From positions 744,001-808,000 of the forward strand of contig CM074808.1 in the NCBI GenBank assembly GCA_037447605.1: a stretch of 64,000 nucleotides of DNA. Direction: 5' to 3'. The DNA comes from Zygnema circumcarinatum SAG 698-1b. Taxonomy: Eukaryota; Plantae; Zygnematophyceae. Both the position numbers and the translations under genes were made by a program. The stretch's first letter is position 1. Each line of letters opens with the position of its first letter. The notes below the pieces were generated by a model. That model did not search any database, was not told the DNA's origin, and saw nothing but the letters and a program-made list of their open reading frames with translations. Shown in pieces: positions 1-9,998 of this stretch.

Positions 1-229
1 GACAAGCCTGAGACGCATTCGATTTGTCCACGTGGCATCCTATTTTCGTCAGATGAGATACGGTATCTGGCACGTGAGTACGGTCCGATCGTGTGCCAAA
101 GTCGGCGGCCAAGTCCTCCCCGCGAGGGACGAGGGACGCGCGCACGCTTGAGACGAGCCAATGAAAATGCAGAGAAAGCAACCGTATTTTAATATTTTTA
201 CTTGAGTATATATATGAAGGGTAAATTTA

Positions 230-1157
230 GGGTAGTGATATTTCCACCCCTTTTTTGGATCCAAACACCCCTTCCCGGCCGGGCAGATTTCAAAAGGGAT
301 TAAAAACGGAAAATGCTTTTTTCACACCTTTTTGGAATCGATACCCACCTTCTTCCGTCGGCTGATTTTATTTTTGCTAACCAAGGAAAATGATACTCCG
401 TCACCGCATTTTGAATACTGTATCCCGCCTCCCTGAATTTTTTTTTTGAGGGAAAGAAATATCGGCCTGCCCGAATCTTCTCGGAGCGGAAGATCCGTCC
501 GCCACGAGATCGTTCGCGGGTGTCCGTCCTTCACACGTGCGTGTCAATCGCATCTGTCGATTTCCCTCGCAGATCGCACCCCTGCAGATCAAACGTTTGA
601 TCTGCAGCCGGGCTCGATCTTAGCGAATGGAAAGCGCCCACGAGCTCGTGCGAGTGCGCGCGTCCCTCGGCCCGAGATCTCGTGCAGTGTCAGCTCTCAG
701 CCAATCAAAATCTGCCACGTGTTAAATTTTTGACGTGGAAAATTTTGATTGGTCAAAGCTCTCAATGTACGAAATATTGGGTTCCTCAAAGTTGCGACCG
801 TACGAAATTTGTACGGACAAACGTTTGAGTCGCGTTTGGCGGGATACGTGGGCACGTGCCATTCGCTGTGACCGAGCCCGGCTGCAGAGCAAATAGTGAT
901 CTGCCGTGTTGCGATCTGCGAGGGAATCGACGGCTGCGATTGATCGCACGCGTGAAAAAAAATGCAGGTAGGCGGGATAGTCAAAATGGAGTGACGGGTT
1001 ATTTCCTTGTTTCGCAAAAATAAAATCTGCCGATGGAGGTGGGTATCGATTCCAAAAAGGTGTGAAAAAGCCATTTTCCGTTTTTAATCCTTTTTGAAAT
1101 CTGCCCGGCCGGGAAGGGGTGTTTGGATCCAAAAAAGGGGTGGAAATATCACTATCC
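230..1157. mobile_element. Non-autonomous foldback TIR DNA transposon, copy A (928 bp; Mutator- or hAT-like)
   Basis: Termini GGGTAGTGATATTTCCACCCC...GGGGTGGAAATATCACTATCC; imperfect inverted repeats of about 200 bp or more; perfect 8-bp TSD TAAATTTA at 222-229 and 1158-1165; no transposase ORF. Confidence 0.9.
701..752. promoter_or_regulatory. Inverted pair of ERSE-consensus motifs (CCAAT-N9-CCACG) overlapping a UPRE-like TGACGTGG at the centre of the TIR element
   Basis: CCAAT caaaatctg CCACG at 701-719; CGTGG aaaattttg ATTGG at 734-752; TGACGTGG at 731-738. Equivalent motifs lie in copies B and C. Function is untested. Confidence 0.45.
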
Positions 1158-1661
1158 TAAATTTATTAAGACACCTAAAGGAAATGCTATTTACACAGCT
1201 TTTTAGATATATACACACCTTTTGTCGCTGGTCAGATTTTATAGAAGGGTTTTTTTGGTATTTGGTTTTTTATGGTGTGTATCTAGAAAAAGGTGTGTAA
1301 ATATCATTTTCCTATTTTATGGTATTTTCGATATTCGGTGGTCCGTGAAACCCTATGCGTACATGCTCCGTACGTGTTCGTACGAGGACATCAAATGATG
1401 GCATAAAGTTATAACAAAAGTTTTTTTTGGCCAGGAAAATATTTTGTAACGCTAAACTAGTAGAGTTAAGATCTCAGGAAATCTTCGATAATTGCTGGTA
1501 GAAACGACACAAAAAAAAACAAGAGAAAATGTTGCTTCCTTTGAAAGCATCTTAAGCTACTCGCTGAAAGGAAGAGGAAGAGGAATCAGTAGAGTAGCTG
1601 TTTTGCCGTGGCCAGTAGCTACGATATCGGCTTTTATTTCCTTGAAAGCGTAATCTGTAAA

Positions 1662-2744
1662 GGGTAGTGATATTTCCACCCCTTTTTTGGATCCAAACAC
1701 CCCTTCCCGGCCGGGCAGATTTCAAAAGGGATTAAAAACGGAAAATGCTTTTTTCACACCTTTTTGGAATCGATACCCACCTCCTTCCGTCGGCTGATTT
1801 TATTTTTGCTAACCAAGGAAAATGATACCCCGACACTGCATTTTGAATACTGTATCCCGCCTCCCTGAATTTTTTTTAGAGGGAAAGAAATATCTGCCTG
1901 CCCGAATCCGCTCGAAGCGGAAGATCCGTCCGCCACGAGATCGTTCGCGGGTGTCCGTCCTTCACACGTGCGTGTCAATCGCATCTGTCAACTCCCTCGC
2001 AGATCGCACCACTGCAGGTCACCGTTCGATCTGTAGCCGGGCTCGATCTTAGCGAATGGAAAGCGCCCACGAGTCTTGTCAAAGCCGGATCGCACGTACG
2101 AGTGCGCGCGTCCCTCGGCCCGAGATCTCGTCATTGTTAGTTCCCAGCCAATAAAAATCTGCCACGTGTTTCATTTTTGACGTGGAAATTTTGATTGGTC
2201 CAAGCTCTCAATTGGGGGTGTCAGACTTAACGAAATCTTACGAACAAAAAAGTTTTGTAAGTACTCCGCCGCCCCAGGATTGCGATTTCATCGAAGTACT
2301 CGTTCTGGTCTCAAACTTACGAACAATTTTTAGGTCTGACACCCCCTAATGTATGAAATTCTGGGTTCCTCGAGTTGTGACCGTACGATATTTGTACGGA
2401 CAAACTTTTGAGACGAGTTTGGCGGGATACGTGGGCACGTGCCATTCGCTGTGACCGAGCCCGGCTGCAGATCAAATAGTGATCTGCCGTGTTGCGATCT
2501 GCAAGGGAATCGACGGCTGCGATGACCGCACGCGTGGAAAAAAATTCAGGTAGGCGGGATATTCAAAATGGGGTGACGGGTTATCATTTTCCTTGTTTCG
2601 CAAAAATAAAATCTGCCGATGGAGGCTGGGTATCGATTCCAAAAAGGTGTGAAAAAAGCATTTTCCGTTTTTAATCCTTTTTGAAATCTGCCCGGCCGGG
2701 AAGGGGTGTTTGGATCCAAAAAAGGGGTGGAAATATCACTACCC
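1662..2744. mobile_element. Non-autonomous foldback TIR DNA transposon, copy B (1083 bp including nested MITE)
   Basis: Same TIRs as copy A; perfect 8-bp TSD TCTGTAAA at 1654-1661 and 2745-2752; same orientation as A. Confidence 0.9.
2213..2347. mobile_element. 135-bp MITE nested in copy B (Tourist/PIF-Harbinger-like)
   Basis: 13-bp TIR GGGGGTGTCAGAC / GTCTGACACCCCC (2214-2226, 2334-2346); flanked by duplicated AAT; absent at the equivalent CTCTCAATGTA site of copy A. Confidence 0.75.
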
Positions 2745-2771
2745 TCTGTAAAACAACGAAACTTAATTATA

Positions 2772-3716
2772 GGGTAGTGATATTTCCACCCCTTTTTTGG
2801 ATCCAAACACCCCTTCCCGGCCGGGCAGATTTTAAAAAGGATTAAAAACGGAAAATGCTTTCTTCACACCTTTTTGGAATCGATACCACCCTCCATCGGC
2901 AGATTTTATTTCTGTGAAACAAGGAAAATGATAACCCGTCACCCCTTTTGAATATCTCGCCTACCTGATTTTTTTTTCACGCGTGCGGTCAATCGCAGCC
3001 GTCGATTCCCTCGCAGATCGCAACACGGCAGATCACTATTCGATCTGCAGACGGGTTCGGTCACAGCGAAGGCTCGTGCCCACGTATCCCGCCAAAGTCC
3101 TCTCAAAAGTTTGTCCGTACACATGTCGTACGGTCGAACTTGAGGAACCCAAAATTTCATACATTGTGATCTTAAGCCAATCAAACCTTTCCACGTCAAA
3201 AATTTAACACGTGGCAGATGTTGATTGGTGGGAGCTAACAATGACGAGATCTCGGGCCGAGGGACGCGCGCACTCGCACGTGCGATCCGGCTTTGACGGG
3301 ACTCGTGGGCGCTTTCCATTCGCTAAGATCGAGCCCGGCTGCAGATCGAACGGTGATATGCAGTGGTGTGATCTGCGAGGGGAATCGACAGCTGCGATTG
3401 ACACACAAGTGTGAAGGACGGACACCCGCGAACGATCTCGTGGCGGACGGATCTGCCGCTCCGAGCGGATTCGGGCAGGCAGATATTTTCTTTCCCGCAA
3501 AAAAAAAATTCAGGGAGGCGGGATACAATATTCAAAATGCGATGACGGGGTATCATTTTCCTTGGTTATCAAAAATAAAATCAGCCGACGGAAGAAGGTG
3601 GGTATCGATTCCAAAAAGGTGTGAAAAAAGCATTTTCTGTTTTTAATCCCTTTTGAAATCTGCCCGGCCGGGAAGGGGTGTTTGGATCCAAAAAAGGGGT
3701 GGAAATATCACTACCC
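2772..3716. mobile_element. Non-autonomous foldback TIR DNA transposon, copy C (945 bp, opposite orientation to A and B)
   Basis: Same TIRs; perfect 8-bp TSD TAATTATA at 2764-2771 and 3717-3724; internal arms are the reverse complement of those in A and B. Confidence 0.9.
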
Positions 3717-3749
3717 TAATTATACTTGAGATTGCTGACAACTAGTAGG

Positions 3750-3945
3750 ACGTGCGAGGCGGAACTCAACGCTTCGCGGGCGGCAATCTGTCCGTCCAAT
3801 CGGATAAGTCGCGAAGCACGTGATTCGTCAGATTCGCCAACGTGTGAACTTTTCGCGAACGTGCGAGGCGGAACTCAACGCTTCGCGGGCGGCAATCTGT
3901 CCGTCCAATGGATAAGTCACGAAGCACGTGATTCGTCAGATTCGA
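3750..3945. repeat. Direct repeat, 2 copies of about 88 bp with 109-bp period
   Basis: ACGTGCGAGGCGGAACTCAACGCTTCGCGGGCGGCAATCTGTCCGTCCAAT...CACGTGATTCGTCAGATTCG begins at about 3750 and again at about 3859. Confidence 0.85.
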
Positions 3946-3989
3946 GACCAATATTTGATAAAAATCTCAACATTCTAGAGGATCTGGAG

Positions 3990-4320
3990 TCAATCCTAAA
4001 ACGCATCCGATTGGTCCACGTGACAACACTTTTCGTCGGGTGAGATACGGTATCTCGCACGCGAGTACGGTCCGATCTCGCGTTCGGCCAAAGTCGGCGG
4101 CCAAGTCCTCGTCGCGCACGCATGAGATAGAGCCAATGAAAATGCAGAGAAAGCAACCGTTCATTTTTTTTTTGAAGGAAAATGCTACTTACACACCTTT
4201 TTGAAATATATACACCTTTTTTCGCCGGTCAGATTTCATTTTAGTTTTTAAGGTGTGTATATACAAAACAAAGGTGTGTAAATAGCATTTTCTTATTTTT
4301 ATGGTATGTTCGGTGGCCCA
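3990..4320. repeat. Uninterrupted copy of the older repeat, ending in an imperfect hairpin of about 115 bp
   Basis: Aligns with 1-229 plus 1166-1350; hairpin arms AAATGCTACTTACACACCTTT (about 4180-4200) and AAGGTGTGTAAATAGCATTT (about 4271-4290). Confidence 0.75.
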
Positions 4321-4682
4321 TGTTCCCTAGACGTTTGTACGAGGGCATGCCATGATGGCATGACATGCCGCATGGGCATGGGCATGCATCCCTTCCTCGA
4401 ATTCAGTGCTTGTACTCTCTTGTTCGATCCCTGCAACTGCGCCATTTTAGGGTTGCTTCTGTGGGCAGCTCTGCAGGTGGTAACGTGCTTACATAAAGAA
4501 AGAAAGGCAGCCGCTAATCTTAATCTGCGCGATTCTGATAATTTTTAACTCTGCAGATGGCTTATAAACAGTGCGGATCACGACTGCAGGCCTCAATCTT
4601 TTACGGTTGCATCTTTTTTTGTTTTTAGTACAGTATACAGCATCCCAGTTGGGACGCACTTGGCGTCTGCATTGGGAGGAGG

Positions 4683-5729
4683 ATGAGAATTGTGGGACTA
4701 ACCGGAGGTATTGCTACGGGGAAGAGCACTGTCACTAATGAGCTGCAGCAGCGAGGCATTGCGGTCATTGACGCGGATAAGCTGGCGCATGTCTGTGCTT
4801 CGCTTTTACCTTGAGAAGACAATGATTGAAAATAGAGATTGAGCTAGTTGAGGTTGTTGAGCCAGGTTGTATTGTCCAGAATTAGTGGTGATTTTGTTTT
4901 GAAATGCAATTTCATTAGGGTTGACTTGAATAATAGGAGGCCTGCGACTTTTATCAGCTTTCATTCTTAAATTTTATCGCAGGATGCTGCTAGGAAGGGG
5001 ACATTCGGTTATTCTCGCGTGACTGCCGCATTCGGCGATGAGATTTTGCTGTCTGATGGCGAAATCGACCGTGTGAAACTCGGGGACATAGTCTTCCACG
5101 ATGCAGAGAGACGCCGAGCGCTCAATGTGTAAGTTCAAAGAATTTAGGTCTCCGCTAGTCACGTCGGAATGCCGTTTACTGGCGAGAATAACATGAAGAA
5201 GCCATAGGCGTTGTTTTCTCCATTTCATGCTTTTGATCGCCCATACCTTCTAAACCACGCCGCAAGAATCTTCATTCACGCCAAAGCAGGTTTCGTTTGC
5301 AGAGCGATTCAGCCGGCCATCGCCATTGCCTTGCTCCAGCATCTGGCCTACTATTGGATCATTGGAACAAGGGTGGTTGTGCTTGACGCTCCACTCCTGT
5401 TTGAAACCAAGATCAATCGCTTAACAAAGCCGGTAGTCGTAGTTGCGTGTGACCAAGCAGTTCAAGAAGAGAGGCTTATGCGAAGAAACGATCTGACATT
5501 GGAGCAAGCAAGAGCGAGAATTGCAGCCCAGATGCCCTTAGACTTGAAGTCCGCTCAAGCAGACATTGTGGTAAACAACTCAGGGAGCCTGGACGAGTTG
5601 ATGCAGCAAGTGCATGTTTTGGTCGGCAGACTGAATCAGCCCTCTTCGTGGCGAGAGCTTCTTCTTTCCAGGGAGTGCGCTGCAGCTCTTCTTGTACTGT
5701 GGACGGCTCTATGGCTGCTTTTCCGGTGA
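4683..5729 (+). CDS. coaE/DPCK: Dephospho-CoA kinase (3 coding exons: 4683-4790, 4983-5128, about 5304-5729)
   Basis: [18 protein letters not shown]-loop, [56 protein letters not shown]; in-frame GT-AG joins. Confidence 0.95.
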
Positions 5730-6179
5730 GGGCCTCACTCGTGCGTTTCCATCACGTTATGTTGCGCAAGTCGATGAGGCTTTGGACCTTCTGGAAGTAC
5801 GAGATGTTTAATTCTGCCTTTGTTTTTCAATGTTTTATGCTGAAAAGCCGCGCTTGCTTCCTTTGCAGTCCTCTTCTTTTTTGAAAGAACAGGCCCCACG
5901 CCTCTTAGTAAAAGCAGCTTTGACAGTATCTCCAAGGGCTCTAGGCAAAAAAAAACAGAAAAGCGCAGTGCTCGCCTCTCATGGAAGCCAACCCCATGAT
6001 GACTAACTGCGTGCGCAGCAAGACAACTCGAAGGAATGAACAAAATATCCATTATTAGACAAAAAGGATGACGTTGGTGCTTGGCAGTTGACATTTATAT
6101 GGCAATGCGGAGCAAAACGTGACAACAATTTCAAAACGCGACGACAATTATAGGAGCAATGTTAATGTTAGTCTTAATG

Positions 6180-8540
6180 TCAGTGAATGCCAGCTCCGTC
6201 GGGGAGACCAGGCACCACCACCACACCCGCACTGCAAACTAAGAGTTTCCCACCGAATGTCGCCACTCCACCTGCAAGGTTGCCACACTATAATGAGCGT
6301 AAAACTACATAAATCCTGAGCACCCATTACATTCGCATTACTTTACACGGGCAGCTTGGAAAGGCCTCCCCAGTTCCCTCTTCTCCAACCAACAACAACT
6401 TTTCCACACAAATATGGTCAAGCTTTCGGCAAACAGCAGCAGGGCTTGTTTCCATGGCCGAGAACGGGACGTTGATTTCTAGGAGTTATTCTCACCTTGT
6501 ACGCTCAACAAGTGCACAATCTTTTCCCAGACCTTCGAGCTAAGCTGCTTTGCCGGGCTCTCACTTGGTGCTCCCCCCTGCGAGAATGCGGAAACACTCT
6601 CCAACCCAGAGTTATATGTGAGGAACGGCAGGTGGCATAAAGGTGGACACGCCTCGTCCTCTTCCCCGCATACAAATTGTAGAGAAAAAAAAAACGCCTC
6701 AAATCCAACTATTTCAATAAGGTGTCAGTTTTTGTTGGATCTGCGAATCAGTGCTTCAGCATAACACAATCTTGTGCATCCTCTTTCAACCACAATAGGT
6801 GAGAGTTTGAATCAAGAAGTAGCAGTACCTCCAAGTAGACACGCTCTCCAATGGTTGATTCCGCTGGCGGATCTAGCACCTACACCCCGCCAGACCCTCA
6901 AAAAATCAATCTCTACATTTCACCCAACTTTCAGGGTTACGAGTTGCAACAAAGACACTCCCAGACGGATAAAGTGCAGAAGTAGCTCACCTTCACTATC
7001 TCTCCCCCGTCGGGCAAAGGCACTGAGCCTGCCAAGATCATTGCCTCACTTAAGCTTCCAGCCAACTTCGCTGGCTTGAGGTTCTTTATAATCACGACTT
7101 TACGATTCGCCAGCTCCTCCGCCCTGTAGAACTTTTGCAGTCCTGTGATAACCTGCAGAATGCATGGAGGGGCCGAGTCACATCCTGATGCTGAAAACAC
7201 AAGATGGCGGACTTGCGCCTTTGGAACACAGTGGCGATACAAATGCATATGCTAATGGCGAAACAGTGAACATCTACCATAAACAAACCTCCACGCCCAA
7301 TGCATCTCCTTTGCATATCTGTAAGCAATGTTGACGGGTGAATGCTGAAAGTACCTGGCAAACCTCCCCTGGTGCTATCTCCACTTTGCAGACATAAAGC
7401 TTGTCTGAATTGGAATGAGCCTCGATCTCCTTCACAATAGCCACCTGTTAAAGGGTACAGCAGTTCAAGCTATAAGTCAATAAATAAGGCTATGTAACAG
7501 CAGTCACTCTGTTCGAGTGGAGACAAAAATGCCGAATTTGATGACTAAATCACGACTTGTTCTCGCGGCCAAGCTCTCATCGCAATGCAAAAGTGCAAAT
7601 CTTCTTATAAATTGCCAAGCTTATATGATGGCCAGCTTACAGGTCATCAAGCAACTCTGTCACGGTCTGCGAATACGCAGGTAGGAGTACGATTCCTGCT
7701 ATGAGAGTAGAGTGAAATGCAATTCAGTAAGGGAATGTACCTGTAAGAGGCTCTTGGAGAAGTTTTCGTCGTTCTCATTCACTTCTTTTCCTCCTGCAGC
7801 TGGTTCCTTAACCCCTCCTTTGCCTGCAAAACATACATGCGACCTTGGCCAGAACAGCACAATACCTCCACCGTGCATTTCAAAATTCTGCATTGAATGA
7901 CTTTGCTTTCGCCTGATACGATGAAAGAATTTGTTATGACTCAGGAATCGAACACAAAGCATTACGAAAGGTTAAAGAACTGCCTCTTAGTAGTGTAGGT
8001 ACTACTTATTCAGGCCAGTACAAGACCAATCCTTAACGAGGGCATACCTGGCTTCGCTGTTTTGGTCTTTTTTAAATTGCTGTCGGGAGCCGGTGTTGCG
8101 GCTTTTGGATTTGAGGGTACTCCGGGATGAGGGACTCTCAGCGCAACAGCTGGCACATCATTTTTGGAGCTGATATGAGCTTCCTGCAATCTAATCCCAA
8201 ATACTGCACGAGTTCAATGCTTTGTTCAATAAATTAATTGTTAAAAAATTACGTCGGATAAACTCTAAAAGCAATTAAATCGACCTGAAATGCACTGACA
8301 AACGACCAGACCGATACCAAAGAAGGTGCCTATGCAAGAACGCCTCCTTCTTGCTCCTTAACCGTCCCAATCGTTTGCAGGGACTCTCCACCGCCTCATA
8401 AAAGGAAGAAAAACATTTCTAAGGGTTCGGTGGCTTGCCTGCCGTGACGACGGCTGCTCGCCGACAGCGAGCCCCTCCTCGAGCTCCAGTATGAGCCTGT
8501 CCAGGAGGCTGACTGCTGCATCCAGCGCTGTGGGAGCCAT
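6180..8540 (-). CDS. Stand-alone tRNA-binding OB-fold (EMAP II/Trbp111/MetRS C-terminal-like) protein, about 7 exons
   Basis: Exons give VAIVKEIEAHSNSDKLYVCKVEI, VITGLQ...VVIIKNLKPAKLAGSLSEAMILAG, VLDPPAESTIGERVYLE, KQLSSKVWEKI and GGVATFGGKLL...LPDGAGIH*; Lys/Pro-rich linker; start MAPTALDAAVSLLDRLI. Confidence 0.88.
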
Positions 8541-9998
8541 GGCTGGTATGTGAAAAGCGAGATAGTAAAGGATGCGGCAACCCTAAAGACATCCGTCAAG
8601 GCAGCAATCGCTCATAGACAGCGAGTCTTCCCGAGCTTTTAGGGTTCATGGTCGGGGTGGGAGGCAGCATCCTCGATGACTCCATGCATCAGCCTCGGCG
8701 CCATCCCCAAATGAGGCCACACATGAGGCTGGCTGCAAATGACACATCCATCATCACCCATTGGGCAGTCTCCACCGATCCAAGTCATGAACAATTAATT
8801 GTTGGTGGTGCCAAAATCGTGGCCGATCCAGTCATGATTCCTAGCGGAATTTTGTTGTCATGACTACGAGTTGCTGTGAGGCTCGTCTCATTGAGGTTTT
8901 CTAGTGTCTTACAAGAACAACATGCGAAAAACTGGAAAAACAACGCAGATAAACGACATTAGATGGACCTCGTAGCTAAGTACAAAGTCGTGACTAGAAA
9001 TCCACGGACCACGGTTAGGACCACGGTTAACTTAGTCACAATGTGGCCATTTTCCACCTTCGTGAACCATGTCTAATGGACATGACCTGTTGTTGCCCGT
9101 CGTCTTGTTGCCATCCTTCCCATTGATGTGTTGGCCATTGCGGTAGGATGAATGCGATGCAAGGGATGGGACCCGTGTTGAGGCAAAAGCAGAAGTGACT
9201 ACAAATGCGCACCAGTCTGAACTCAATGTTTTGGTCATTGTATATATCATCGTAGCACCAAGAAATATAAGTCTGTCTGGCTACAGTTGTCCACTTCATA
9301 TACACAAGGTGATGCAGGTACATGCGAATCAATGACAAACGTGCTTAGCTTTCATTTCTTGCCCTTCCGTGGATGATGGGCTGCTATCAGTACAACTGTG
9401 TCCACTTTTCCTCGGCAAGACTTCACATCTGCGGGTAAAGAATCCCCTTTTTCAAAAGAAGAAGGAAAGAAACATTTTTTCTGTTTAGATTGCACACAAC
9501 TCTGCACATCGGCAGTCCCTGAAGAGTCCGCTTGAGCTTTTATTCTTTGATGAGATGCACCAACAGATAAGTAGCAGGTCAGTAAAGAACAACGGTACTA
9601 ATTTGCTTGGCCTTCCCTCCAAAGAGAGAAGTTTTTTTCGGGGTTGATCGATTGGTGAGGGCCCAAGAGTGCTTGGACGTACTGAACTACTTCAAACCCA
9701 GTTTGCGGGAGGCCATCACAGAGCCGGCATTAGAGCATACGGAGCAGGACTGTAACTAGCCTACTTCACTTGCATGCTTTATTAACATCGAAGTGAATTC
9801 TTACTTCTGTACACTCGCCTCGTTGCCCGCCAATATGCAGACAATCCTTCCTAGCCTACATAGTATACAGAGTGCCGGAGCTTAGCCCCTTGCTTTGGGA
9901 CCTCCTCATGAGTTCCCCCTGCTTTCACCACGCATTAGGTGAAGACTGATGCCTTCCTTGGAGGTGCAGATGGCGAATCTTCAACCTGAATGAAGAAC

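Larger units (their letters stand above)
1..1350. repeat. Older dispersed repeat (about 1-229 and 1166-1350) interrupted by TIR element A
   Basis: Both segments align with the uninterrupted copy at about 3990-4320 (shared GAGATACGGTATCT, CCAAAGTCGGCGGCCAAGTCCTC, GAGCCAATGAAAATGCAGAGAAAGCAACCGT and the AAATGCTA.TTACACA...GGTGTGTAAATA.CATTT hairpin). Confidence 0.8.

Noticed and set aside
230-3716. CRISPR array or prokaryotic defence/mobile system suggested by recurring repeats
   Set aside because: The repeats are long inverted termini with TSDs, not short direct repeats with unique spacers; there are no cas or recombinase genes and the context is spliced eukaryotic genes.
49-4164. Many short ORFs in the transposon block
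   Set aside because: They are by-products of repeated non-coding TIR sequence; no DDE or other domain motifs.
8600-9990. ORFs at 8648-8863 and 9032-9338 as gene or transposon remnants
   Set aside because: No family motif recognised and no consistent exon chain.
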